64,000 nucleotides of DNA from Sphagnum compactum (lineage: Eukaryota): contig OZ234494.1 of assembly GCA_965153455.1 (NCBI GenBank), positions 10,602,001 through 10,666,000 on the forward strand, read 5' to 3'. Numbering within the stretch: position 1 is the stretch's first letter; each line of letters begins with the position of its first letter. A model generated the notes under the pieces. The model had not been told where the DNA came from, did not search any database, and saw nothing but the letters and a program-made list of their open reading frames with translations. The position numbers and the translations under genes are program-made. Below, piece by piece: positions 1-13,831 of the stretch.

Positions 1-1477
1 CAGTTTTATACATTACATAAATTTCATAATTATCACTTTAGAAGGGTTTACATATCACAACATCAGCAAATAATAACATTGAAAAAAGAGGCAAAAAAAA
101 GAGAGGAGAAAATGCTTATGGTTAGTACCTATCTACCTGCCTCCTATGCCTTGTATCCTTAGGTTCATGACAACATTTGCTTTGTGTTTTATGATTTGCA
201 AAGTCCATAGATGGGCGCTACAATCCCAAAATGCAGGACCAAACTCGGCTATTGCTTTTCCTAGGCCCTTTATTTTCAGAATGCACTCACCCTGGGGCTT
301 TAACCTACATATAAAGTCGTACATAGGGCTCTACATTGTAGGAAAGAGGTCTTTAGTTGGGGGCCAAGCTCCACTTAGCTAGTGCCAAAAGGTTTCTGTT
401 TCTGTTTCCAGAGGGACTGCTTTGGAATCCTTTGATCTTGATACACTTCCAACCGGCCTTTAGATTTGAACAATATTGTTGCCCTTTGCAGCGTTGGGCT
501 ACTATGGTTAATCTTCCCCTTCAAAGTGAAGGATTTGACCTAGACTAAGGAGAAAAAGTCACAAAGCAAAACCTTGCATACATGAGAGTTAGAACCATGG
601 GTTAGAACTTAGAGGGCTTATTTATTATTAGGAATTTGACACCAAGTACCCGGAGGTTCTCAGGTGGTTCTTTAGTCCATTTGTTCCCCCCACCCAAAAG
701 AAAGGTATCAATTCTTAGTCAGTTATTTCATGAAAACCATTGAGGGTTTTAAAAAGAAAACCAAGACTGAAGGTTCTTTGATTTCTGAAATTTATAATTC
801 ATAATTAAATTAAATTTAAATAAAAAATAAAAATAAACCAGAACTACTGAATGTTCTTTGATTTCTAAATTTCCAAAATACATGAACTGAAGTTTTTTTT
901 TTAAAAAATCAAATACATGCCCAACACTGATTATTACAGCCATCCAGAATTAAGAAAAGAATCAGTGGATGACTTTCATAAAAAAGTCATCCACAATCCT
1001 TACCTACATGGTATCTAAACCCTAAGTAGCCTCACCTAAGCTAGTTCTAAAGTACATGAGACAAGGGCACCTAACCTAAGCTACACTTGCCTACCTAATC
1101 TATCTATCTCCTCATCCCTCATCCACCTTGAGGTGGTTAAGTCATTCATCCCCTGGCTGGTTACCAATGCACGTCAAGTTTGTTCATTCTGTCTGCTCGT
1201 ACCAGTGTAGGTGTTGTTGGTTCACCCAAGGCCAAATTTTTTAAGGCCCTGAAAGGATGCCTGCCAGTCCAATGCTACATGGGAAAATAAAAATAAAAAT
1301 AAAATATTTATTTATTGTAATTAATTAATTAACTAATTAATTAATTAATTAATTAAATAAAAAGTTTGACCCAGCAAGATCTGTGCCTACCAGACACAAC
1401 AATTCAGTCAGAGCAGAAAACCCTCTTAAAAGAACCGGACAAAGGAAAACCATAACACCGAGGAGGCAGGTTGTTTA

Positions 1478-1550
1478 AAACCGCCCCTCAACCCCTTTCA
1501 ACAAACCGCCCCTCAACCCCTTTCAACAAACCGCCCCTCGACCCCTTTTA
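1478..1550. repeat. 25-bp tandem repeat x3
   Basis: AAACCGCCCCTCAACCCCTTTCAAC repeated; the third copy is diverged. Confidence 0.9.
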
Positions 1551-2017
1551 CGAACTTTGTGAGTGTCAGTGCAGCGACCGTAACAAGCTGCAAAACCTGA
1601 ACCACTTTAGGCATTGCAGAGAGAAAAAGACAAACCCAGGGAAAAAATAAAATTAAATAAATGAATAAAAAAGGAAATATTTGGGCAAATAGCACTGACA
1701 CATGCAAATATTTTTATGTTTAGAAAAAAAAGTCCACTTAAATTTCTATGTTTTAAAAACCCAAGTGGAGAGGACTGGTAGTCAGTCTAGTCTGGACTCT
1801 AGTCCCGGGTACACTTACATTCCCAGATTTTGTCATAAACTTTGTCTCCCCCACCTCCCCACTTTCCCCCCCCCCCCCCTCCCTTTTAACTTTCCTTATG
1901 TGGACTTATGACATTTAATAACTGAACCAGTATCGAAGTTTGAACCGGTTTCTGTCTGTCTGTCTGTCTACCTAAACTCATTTTCTTACCTTTACCGTAG
2001 GGTCAATTTCTTTAACT

Positions 2018-3440
2018 AAATAATCCTTCAAATTTTGAAATTAATTTAGTGTGAAAATTATGAAGTTGAGGTGTTTGAAAACCTTTCATAATTTATACTT
2101 AGTAAAGCTTAACTTACAATCTGAATAAAATTCCACTATTGTCATAGTAGACTTGTAGATAGATCATGAATTTTTTTAATCTAAAATGAATTTATAAAAA
2201 TAATAATTTATTCGTTTTGTTAATGTGGAAAGCTGACCCTAAATCATTAAATAATCCTTTAAAATTTTTAAATGAATTTATTGTGAAAAATATGAAGTTG
2301 AGGTGTTGGAAAACCTTTCATATAATTATAGTAAAGTTTAACTTACAATCTGAATAAAATCCCACTTGGTATCTCCATATGATAATGTCATAGTAGACTT
2401 GTAGATCATGAATTTTTTTGGGGGAAATATTAAAAATGTATTGCTTTTTCTTAAAAAATAAAATTATTTTTGTTAATGGTGGAAAGCTGACCCTCAATCA
2501 TTAAATAATCCTTAAAATTTTGAAATGAATTTATTGTGAAAAAATGAAGTTGAGGTGTTTGAAAACCTTTCATAATTATAGTAAAGCTTAACTTACAATC
2601 TGAATAAAATCTCACTAGGTATCTCAATATGATAATGTCATAGTAGACTTGTAGATGATGATTTATTTTTTTGGGGGATAATATTAAAATTGAATTTATT
2701 TTACGAAAAAATAATTATTACAATAAACTCCCTTTATAATCACACCTTTGGTGACCACTTTTTCTATGATACTAACAAATTGTGATTTAAATGTGTATAG
2801 TCACATTTAAAATAAACCCTTATCAAATTTGCCTATAGAGGAAAAAAAATTACAAAACAACTTTTTTATGCTAGAATAAAGGTGCCAATTGATTAAAAAA
2901 TTTATATGGGTTATTCTAAGTATTAATATGCATTATTGGACTTGAAGAAAGTTGTGATTTCTGTAATTTTTAAAAAATTTATGTGATGATGTACATCAAG
3001 TTTGAACTCCTTAACTATTAGCTTATGTATTTTGTCAATTAGATTTTTTTAATTAATTTTTTTTGTTTTCTTGACAAGTTTGCCTAATTTTTGCTTGTCT
3101 AATTAAAAAGTTGGTTTTTTTTTTCTCTTCAACTAGATTCATTGTTGTTAGTTTCCACAACTTGAACACAAAACAACACTAACATTGTCAAACTACAATT
3201 TAAGAAACCTTAATATTTATCCTAAATTTATTCTTATTATAGTCACATTTACAAGAAAAAAGGTTTACAAATATTTTGTGCTGCCAATGAATGTGATAGT
3301 GATTCTAAAGAGTGGTGTTTCTTGCTAAAATGGATGGGTACCAAAAAAATTGTGCGACACAAACAAGAATGTGACTAAAACGGAGGTGACTAGAAAGGGG
3401 GTCTACTGTATTTGTTTTGTCAATGTGGAAGCTAACCCTA
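2018..3440. repeat. Tandem array of three ~230-255 bp units; the third is split by a MITE
   Basis: AAATAATCCTT...ATGAAGTTGAGGTGTT...AACTTACAATCTGAATAAAAT...GTCATAGTAGACTTGTAGAT recurs at ~2018, ~2249 and ~2503. Confidence 0.9.
2721..3408. mobile_element. Tc1/mariner(pogo)-type MITE, ~688 bp
   Basis: Imperfect TIRs CAATAAACTCCCTTT ... AAAGGGGGTCTACTG, with TA on both sides (2719-2720, 3409-3410). It interrupts the third unit of a tandem array, which resumes at 3411. Confidence 0.7.
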
Positions 3441-6149
3441 AACCCTAAACTAAGCTAACCCTAAACTACTGCAGTAAACTCTAAATCAAATAAAATGCCA
3501 ATTCTCTTATGGGAAAGAGGATCAAGAAATTGCTCTACTGACAAATGTAATTCGGAAAACTGGAGGCTGGGGGGAGGGGCGGGATAGATTAATCTGGACC
3601 GTTAATGGCTGGTGCAGATGGTTTAGGACCGCTAGATTCCCGGATTGTGTTGTTCCGCTCAGTAACTAACTTTATTCAAGCACTTTTTTCTTTGTCCTTA
3701 TCAGGAGCGTGGAGTGCGACCCCAGTGGCTAGCTGTGACACACGTGGAGAAAGGGGAGTGGTCAGATCAGGCTAGATCACCGACCATCACCGTCTTCTTA
3801 GACGTTCTTATTATTATTTATTTATTATTTATTTATTATATTAACACCAAAAAAAATTACTGGCTTTCTGGCATTGTGCATTTACTGCTTTTTTTTTCCC
3901 TTTTTTTTTTTTCATTCTTTGCCCTGGGTAGCCTAAACTTGTTTACCCCAATTGTTACCCTAAAATTGAACCCTGCAGGACGACCCACAAAATGTAAATT
4001 GGATTCAAGCTGCTGCCCGCTCTCCCCAATGGGATTTTTAAATGTTGAAACCTTGGTAACGTGTGATGATACATATTATTGTAGCCTAGGGTCAGTTTCC
4101 ACATTGACCAAAAAAAAAAAAAATCAAAATCAAAATTTAATTCGTTTTTAAATTATTATTATTTCATGATCTACTATGATATCTTCATCTGAGGAGTGAA
4201 ATTATTCAGATTGTAGCCTACTATAAATATGAGGGTTTTCAACAACTCATGTTCATAATTTAAAGAAAAAATCATTTTTTAATTTATAAATTGTTTAATT
4301 CCAATGAATGATGATGATAAATTAGAAGTGATCTAGGACAAGGCTAACTATGTCACTCCTTTCTTAATAATTATCTGTTATTTTTTATAAATACCTCACT
4401 CCTTTTCTCTACCCACTAACATGGATATGAAATTGCATATGGGACAAAGTGGATGGGAACAAATTGAAAACTTTTGAGAACACATTGGGAACAAAAAAAA
4501 AATACACAATACCCCAAAGCCACCCTTTGTTGCAATGTCACCCTCATTGGTACTACCTACTTACCTACCTACCTACCAACCAAAACATCAATAAAGTCCA
4601 GCTGGGGATTTTACCTCCCCTGTTTGAATTGAATTGAATGCCACCAGTTAAAAAAGTAACTGATTGGGAGGGAAGGCGAATCGCCATGGATAATGAAGGG
4701 CTCGCCATTCTTGTGGCGTTTTTTTACCTCTCTGGTACAATAGCAGATTGACACTTATCCACCCAGCTAAGCTTGGCCAACTGGGTGTTGTGACCCACCC
4801 TTTTATGGGGGTTGGTAGCCTAAGGGGGGTGGTAAGGAGAGGGTGATGAGTATGGTGGCATGGTTGAATTAAGAAGCCAACTGGAAATAAATTATTAGCT
4901 ATGTTGTAATAGCTAAATCAGTAGCTAAATATGGGAATCCACCCCCCTTTTTTCCAAATTTAAAAAACAAATAATTAAATTAAACTTTAAAGAGTGACAA
5001 AGGCTAACCAATAGGCCATATATTGAGGAGAGTAGTTCTCGTCCCCTAAAGAAACCACCCCAAAAAAAATAAAAATATTATATATATATATATAACTTTT
5101 AGGCAAGTCTTGTTGAGGAGATTAATATATTTCTAATCTTGGATTGTTTACTTTCCCCATTGCATTTCCCATGTGTTCACAATTATTGAAACGACTCTAG
5201 CTATTTATATGTACATACCTACCTACCTACTTTTATTAGGTACATTCATCTTTTTATGTAAAGGTCGTCATGACTCGTGAGTCCACCGACCCAAACTCAG
5301 TTACTCACTTTGATATTATTAAATTTGGGGAATTCTTTTCCAAAAATCATCCCCTCTTCAAGGCCACATTTATTAATAAAATTTGAACCCCCTGTCAAGC
5401 ATGGGTAGGTAGGTACTAGGTACAACGGTTCCAAGTTCAAACACTGAATTAGTAGGAACTCTGGTTTTGTCCCAATGAAAATTGCGGGGTCCGGGGTGGG
5501 GTGGGTAAGCTTTCATTGGCTTCAGTAGGGATTGGATGATTTATCATCACGGGTAGCAAGCACGGGTTCCACGTCCCCCCCCCCCCACCGCCAGCGCACC
5601 CCAGCACAGCACGGGTGCCCCGTGCGCGGCGGGCGGGCAAGCTGTCTTGGGCAGGAGACAACTACCGTGTGATATGGTTGGTGCTTCCGACGGCGACAAC
5701 CAAGGCAATAGCCAGGCTCGGCAGCCAGACAGGATGGCACAGCCTGGGAATCCAAATAGCGTCGCCGTCGCCGTCGCCGTCGCTACAGCTTTGGTTCTTT
5801 GGCCTCCTACAGTTCTATGTACAATGTTTTGCTTCATTTTCCTTTTTTTTCCTTCCTCCCCTGCCCGCAATTAAAGATCTTTTTATTTTTCTTTTTATTT
5901 TCTTTTTATTTTCTTTTTATTTTCTTTTTATTTTTTTCATTTTCCCATGCCCCAAGCCCAAGGTAAAGACCAGTTTTTATTTTCACTTTTTAGCCTCTTT
6001 TTTAACCCCCCCTTTCCCTGCCCCCAGGTAAGTGTCATTATTTATTTTCTTCTTTTTTCCCTTGCCCGCAGGGTAAGTTTCTTTTTTTAAAAAAAATTCC
6101 CCCTGCCCCCAAGATAAGCCATTATTTTCTTCCATTTTTCCTCTCTCTC

Positions 6150-6180
<31 letters not shown>

Positions 6181-9100
6181 ACAAAAGATTAAAAAAAGAT
6201 AAAGCACCTTCCTTTGTTTTTTTGTTTGAAGCCTTTTTTTAATAAAAGAAAAATCCTATTTTTACCTTTTGGAACTTACACGTTTGGAACTTACGTCAGC
6301 CATTTACTAGTCAGGGGCATTATTCTGCAATCATCCCCTGAGGTTTCAGACAAATAATTGTTCCTTTCTCACCCACTTTGAAGCTTGGGGAAAAAAGAGA
6401 AAAGAAGGGAGGAGGGGGGGGGGGAGGGGCCCCACTTGGTTTCACTTGAGTCCATATGTGACCTTTCCACAAGTGCTTTTTTTTTTGGTGTGAAACCACT
6501 TAAAACAAACCCCTTAGAAGATTGATTCCCATACACATCTATGTGTGGCCCATCTAAATGACCATATTTTTCTAGTGGAAAATATGAGGTGACAAATTAC
6601 TTAATTAGTGGGGGTTAGTCACCCCAACACAAAAATTGAAAAAAAAGAAGAAAAGGATATCACCCAATTTATAGGGATATTATATTATTGTGATATAATG
6701 AGGGAAGATGACTTTTGCAACATTTTTAGTTCCATCTATTCTTTTAATAAATATAAATATAAGCATTTTGAAAATGATTTGTCGACCAAATTGTTTTGTG
6801 TGAAAGTTTTGAATCATGCTAATATTGTTGTTCTTTGTTATTATAAGGCACCCCCAACTTCCAAAAGTAGGAAGATTCACATTTTTAAAGTACCATCAAC
6901 ATTGTGAGTGCAAATTAGAGTAGCGTGCAAATTATAAGGTGGGTTTAAAAAGTTTAGAAGATAAAAAAAAAGTTCATCCTCCAAAGTAGATTGAGCTTAG
7001 GCCTTTATAGGGGACCATTTACTATTCCATCATGTATTCACTATGGTTTTAGGGTTTTTAAAAGGTTTTAAGTTACCTTTATGCCACTAAAAACAAAGGG
7101 TAGAAAGATCCTCAATGGAAGATCCTTATAGAGCTAGCATCCAATGAGGTTGACATTTAAAACATTCAAGAATGCCTATCTAGCTTTTGTTGTTGCGATG
7201 CAAAATCAATGGTTGCACCAAGGTGACACAATCAAAAGGACGTCCCATGATGTCTTTAGAGTGTGATAATGTTTTGAACTTTTTTTGAAAAATCCAAGTT
7301 GATTGTATTTTGAGACCCCCAAGGTCAAAGGAAGTAGTCCCAAGGAATTGCAACCACCCAACCCAAGCAATTAGGTAGTGTAAAGTTCGAACCCTTGTCT
7401 CATGGGTTGATGAATAGTTAAAAAGGTTGACAACCTAGTTTGAAAAACATTAGGAACAACATGCTCCTAATGTGGACTTGATTCTTCTTGCCGTTACTTC
7501 CAAAAGTTTTAGAGTACGTAACTAATTGCAAGGAGTTGGTTGAATTGGACTTTATTAAAGTGTCTTTGAATGGATGGTAGGTCTTCAAGAACATGATAAA
7601 CCTAACCCATTTTTTCATTATTGACTTTATTTTATTTGTAGAGTTTTTTTTAAAGGTGACAAAAACCAATTCAACTTGAATGGATGAGGAGTGAATACAA
7701 TAAAGTTTGTTAGTAATCCTTATATTTAGGGGGCACATTTGTAAGGTGGGATGGATTATGAACACATACGAAAATAGAGAGGTTGAATATAACTTTTGCT
7801 ACAAAATGATGTTCTCCTTTAATTGTCCCAAATTTTGCATATGTTGTTTCCAAATTCCAATAATTTACTATGAAGTTCACATGCACTTCCATGGATTTAC
7901 CAATGTTCCTCACCAATATCCCCATGTTATATGGAACTTGGCAAATGCCCCATCCTTTGAGATTTTCAATGGAATGGAGATACTACACAGTTCAAGTGAT
8001 AACAATGTCTTCAAAAAAATCGTACATATTTCAATATAATTTCAAAGACATTGGTAAAAAAATTTCAATAATTTTTTTTTACTTGCCCATTAATAAACTT
8101 TTAAATTTTACAATGGAAATTTTTAAGAGATACTGAGTTGGTTAGTCTAATTGAAAAATGAATAAATATGGTATTAGTATATACAATGTATAGCTCTTTA
8201 TCAACATTAAATGTATGCCACATTTTAAAATGAGGTTGGACATTTTATCTACATTCACCAAGAACAAAACTCCTCTAATAAAGCCCAAGGTACTATGATG
8301 ATGTGCATTTACACAAATTGGTGTTTCAAAAAAATATTGGATTTCAACATATCACAATATTTGCCAAACAAAAATGTACAACACCATGAAAATCATTCCC
8401 CAAAAGAAATAATGACCTTTTGGCAAGACCAAGTCATACCGAGTTTGTTTTAATCAATGGTGTAATCCTCTTGGCAAACTTCAAGGTTCAACTCCTCAAA
8501 AACAAGTTCTAGCACCTTTGGAATTGGGTGAAAGCAAAGTGGGTAAATTTGGTATCTTTGTGACTCTTTTCTTTTACAGCAAGAGTACAAGCCTAATAAT
8601 GCTTATGGCCTACTTAATCTCATGAATGAAGATCCTTGACATGAGTCCAAAGAAATCATGCTATTTGAAAGGTTGATTAAAATCCATTTATCAACGACGT
8701 GCTCACTTCTTGCATGATAATAATGTTTTGGAAAATCAAGCCACCCCAAGGTATTACCAAACAAGAATTTCATAATCATCGACATAAAAGATCAATTTGG
8801 GAATGCAAATGTCTTTAATCGTACAGACATATATTTCTTTTCATGGACTAATTGATGACCCCTTTGATCAAATATTTCATGGTCCCCTTAAACATATTAT
8901 TGCATATTTGAATCCTTGTAAAGTTTTGTCTAGCCAAAACACTATGAGGATGTTTAGTTTTTTTGCTTCATATTTTGATAATAGACAAATTTGGCTATAT
9001 TGGGTTATGGATGATTGCCACCTCGGGTACATCACAAAATTGACCAAAAACCATATAAAATCCATATCCAAAAGCAAGTATCACTTAATACCTATATTTT

Positions 9101-10814
9101 GGTTAGAGGTTATCAATTCATGTCAACATTGGCTAAAATCAATATATTATTTCAGTAGATTAAAAACAAAAGATCAAACCAATCATCCCATTTTTAAATT
9201 GTTCAAAAACTGTACATGATTCATGCCATTAAATTATTATCAAAGTTTCTTAAAGAGAAGAGAGGTGGTCACTAGAGAGTTGCCTGTTTTGGTTTTCCTC
9301 TTTTTCATTCTCTCTTTCCAAGAACAATAATTTCTTTGTCACCGACTAAATGAAAATTATTTAGCACCTCATAACTTTAAAACTTACTGGGCGATCCAGA
9401 TGACTGGCTTCTTCATGTTTTGACCGGTTATACCGGTCAGTTTGGTGGGTAGTAAGTGAACTACAATGGTAAGCAACGTATGTAGGTAGGTACAAAAGTG
9501 AATGATCTATTATACTTGGAATTTTGAAATTGGAATGTTTTAGAAATCATTCATCCGCATTCACACACATTTGGTCTTTGCGTAAGGATGAGACAAATCT
9601 TTGTATACATGTTTGTGACAGGTTATGGATGTAAAGTGGTAATTCGGTAGGTCCAAAATTGCTAGTAGCAAAGGCTAATATGTGATGTAACTCACTAGGC
9701 ATAGATGTCCAATGAGGAAGAGACACATCCGCAAGACCAATAACCTAAAACTTGCCTCTTTCAGGCCTAACTATAAATTTAAAAAAAAACCCCTTTCCCT
9801 TACCCACCTACATGGACATGAAAAAAAATGATTTTGAGATGTGGGATAAATAATGATGAAGTGTTGGAAATCATATGGGAATATTTATAAAAAAAACCTT
9901 GCCCTTAGGCCATTGAATGGCATTACACTTCCAATTAACTTTAAACTTTATTGGGAACACGTACAAAAGAATAAATTTGCCCTTGTGCTATGCTCATATT
10001 TATCTTGTGGCCTGTGCAAAAAGTGTGATGGTTTAGGTGTTAGGACTAATTACAAGGATCATATAGTAGTATACATGTTACAATTGCCCGGCTAAATTAG
10101 TGTTCTTCCAAAAGAACGTTGGTCATGATTCAACTCCTAAGTTATATGAAGAACTCACATTTGAATCCCACCTACCCGAGCTATGTGGACACACATATAT
10201 CAAATAATTAATCGATTTTGAGAAAAAATTTCATTTTGGCAAATGAAGTTATTCTTGAAGCTTCAATATTTTCTTTCACAAACTGCTTTTCTTCAGAGAA
10301 TAGCAATTTCTGAAGATTTCTCCACACCTCCTAATGGAGCCTGAAATGGGATTCTAAGTTATGAACTGGGAAATATCATTAGCTTACAGCTACAGGAAAG
10401 AGGAAGATGAAGCCTCTGGAGCATGGATTGCTTTGTGATCACTCAAGAAGACACTATCCGAAGATTTGGGTTGTTGAGTTCTTGTGAAGTACAAACTGTC
10501 CAGTGTGTCCCCTACACTCTTTATTGACCCCCTCTCCTTGTACTCTGCTGATTTCCACAGCATATAAAAGCATTTGCCTCATGCTAAACCACGTTTTGTT
10601 TGTGTGTTCTGTGCTGATTTTACAACAATTGTTGTGTCTGAATAATGAAGCTTGGGACTTCATTGATTCACAAATGTCACTGACAATGGAACAAAACTAG
10701 AGGACAGATATCAAAGGTTGCTGCTATCTGCCCATGTGCAAACCGCATATATAAAAAACCCAGTAGACTTCAAATATGTTCCCCTGTTTGATATCACTTA
10801 ACTAGTCTACAAAG

Positions 10815-13797
10815 TTATGCAGCAACAGGTGTTTTGTAAGATGCCTTGTCCACTACTTCAGAAGCATATTGGCGAGCCCATGAATCATAATGAACAATCT
10901 CTTCAAGGGACGGTCTCAACACAATTTCTTCTCTGTGCTTGTCACATGTCTTCTCGATGACACTCACAATGTCCAAGTATCCAATTCTGCACCCATCCAA
11001 TCCAATTCATCTAAGTCACAAATCAACACAGGCAATGGGTTAGGGGGAAAGACAATTTGCAAATCTCTATTTCTGATTCATGGTTCTGGGAATTATGGGA
11101 CTATTCTCCAGTTTCAGCTTTTCATAAAGATACAAAAAATACCAGACAAACATAAAGCATGTTAAATATCTGACCCAAGTGCGAATACTCACTTCTCATC
11201 CAGGAAAAGCTCCACAGCCCGTTCATTTGCTGCACTGAGTACTCCAGTCATTGTCCCTCCAGCCCGACCAGCCGCATACGAAAGATCCATTGATGGGTAC
11301 TTGGCCCGATCAGGGACTTTGAAGGTTAAGTTCCCCATTCTGCACCCAACCACTAAATCCTTTTGAGCCAGCCAAATGCAAATTTGGTACCAGGACTTCT
11401 GTTTGTAGAAAATTTGTGGGAGTGTTCCAACTTCAGAGGATACCACAAGGACTATTGCAGAGGAAGATTTCTCACAATATCCTTTGCACAAATTCACATG
11501 AAAACCAAAGATTCAAACTTACTTGACAAAATCCAAGCGAGGCCATGTGACTTCAGAGCAGGGAATGCGTTCAGGCCATGACATGGTGTACAAAATGGGC
11601 AGACGCATGTCAGGCCACCCAAGCTGGGCAAGCACGGCTGAATCCTGTTGGCATGTTCAGCCCCAATTCAGGTTAACAGACCTCAACAATAACAGTATAT
11701 ACTGGTATGACAATTCCATTCTTCCCATGAAAGTGTGAGGAGGGGGCAGCTCGTACCTGTGTCTCAATCATTGAATGGATAATAGATTGAGGGTGGATAA
11801 CAATCTCAATGTCATCATACTCTGCACCAAAGAGATAATGAGCCTCTATCACCTCCAAACCCTGCCATGTAGAACACATGCCTGAGGAACATAAAGAAGA
11901 TCATGCTAGAACCTAATGCAGGCATCAACCCAGGGGTTCTGGGAGTAAAGATTTTTTTCTAAAAACCAACAATAGCATGAAGGACATGGTGAACTTGTGT
12001 TTCCCAGTGTCTGCATGACAAATAGAAGGAAGATAGACAAACAGTCTGACAGAACTAAAAGAATTTGCCTGCTTGCTTTAGCATTGTGGCAAAACAATGC
12101 TAAACCCTAAACTCTGAACAAAACTTGATTTGCAGTTTGGGCAAAAGAGAGACAGTGTTACCTTATTCATGAGCGTGGCAGAGTCCACTGTAATTTTCCG
12201 GCCCATGCTCCAGTTTGGGTGCTTCAAGGCATCTGCCACTTTGACCTCCTTCAACTTCTCAACCGGCCAATCCCTGAGAAATGTAGAAATGTGGCTTTCC
12301 TTTTTATCAACAACACAACAGGCTGTGGCAAATAAAACCCCAATTCCTAAGGCTCCTCTCAAGGTCTGTAGAGCTTCCAAGAGTCCTAAAACAGAAAATA
12401 TGAGAGAAAGAGAGAGCACACCTGAATGCACCACCAGAAGCCGTAAGAATAATACGCCGCAGACCACCTTCAGGCAGTCCTTGAATACACTGTTATTCAT
12501 ATAGAAATGTAAAAGATTAATGCAAGGTACAATCTCAACCTTTTCATATGCTGAACTGGAACAAAAAAGCATACCATGCTACTTGATGGAGATCTTGGTG
12601 CAGCTTTCCAAGCAGGTCAACGGAGATGGCACAATCTACAAAATTGCAGAAAAATGATATCCACTACAACAATTTGAAGGCAACATGACAATGAGTGCAG
12701 TCATAACCTTATGAGGGTCAGTCCTCACAACATACCAGACCATCACCTTCAACATGAATTAGCAGCGATCAGCTGCCATGACTACCCACTGACTTCAAAG
12801 CTTCTGACAGTGGGTGTGGATAGGTATATGATAATCTACCAAAAATTTCAAGCAAACCCTATAAAATCTGCATTCAGATTCAACAGAGATGGCACTATGT
12901 GTGCACCTGAAAGATGGCTGAATGCTCAGAGTCGGCAGGTAAAATCTTGATGCCATGCTTCCTTGCAAGAGGTAGCACATAGGGACCCCCTGCAATTAGG
13001 GTCTCCTTGTTTGCCAGCGCAATATCTTTTCCTGCTTCAATAGCTGCCACAGTCGGCTGCAAGGCATTCCCAACCCTCCCGGTCAGTGTTTGCTTATAGG
13101 ACCTACATGGACCTTCCAAAAGCAAGGGTACAGTGAGGTATGCTTGAAAGTGAGTAAGCATACCTTAAGGCCAGCACAGCCCACAATGCCTGTGACTACT
13201 GTTGCAGCCTCAGGATGCCTTGCCACCTGTAGTGCCAAAATCAGATTTCAGCTCATTACTCTGCTTTTGCTGGACCCATCTGGAGAAGCATCTCACACAA
13301 GAAAACTGCATAAGAAGCACAAACTTGCAGCATACCTCAATGATGCCTTCTTCACCAACCATGATTTCAGGCTTAGGGTACACATCAGCAATTGCATCCC
13401 TTAACTCAGCAACCAATGCCCCATTTCTTATAGCAACCAAACTTGGTTTGAACCTTTTCACCTACCATTACACAGAAACCACACATAAGTACCCTAAAAA
13501 ATAAGTTCACAAGCTGCAGAGAAAAACAACTGACCACATCAATCAATAGTATGCAGAACCCAAAGTTCATGATTTAGCTTACGACTGCAAAGGAGCTCCT
13601 ATCTCCTACCATCACAAATTAGGCTTTGGGGTCAAGGGAATGTTATCTAGCCCCTTCAATCAAGCATTCTCATCAGTGAGGATGCAAGATACCTGATCAG
13701 CAAGTAAGGTGACATTTGAACCAGCAGCTAATGCAACAACCTTGAACCTGTCAGGATTTTCTGCCACAATATCGAGTGTCTGTGACCAAAAATATAT

Positions 13798-13831
<34 letters not shown>

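Noticed and set aside
510..540. Small hairpin CCTTCA...TGAAGG as a miRNA precursor
   Set aside because: The stem is far too short and does not match any conserved plant miRNA I recognise.
6600..9250. Multiple 60-140 aa ORFs
   Set aside because: AT-rich and CpG-depleted, with no coherent splice pattern or recognisable motif; probably decayed TE sequence that I cannot assign.
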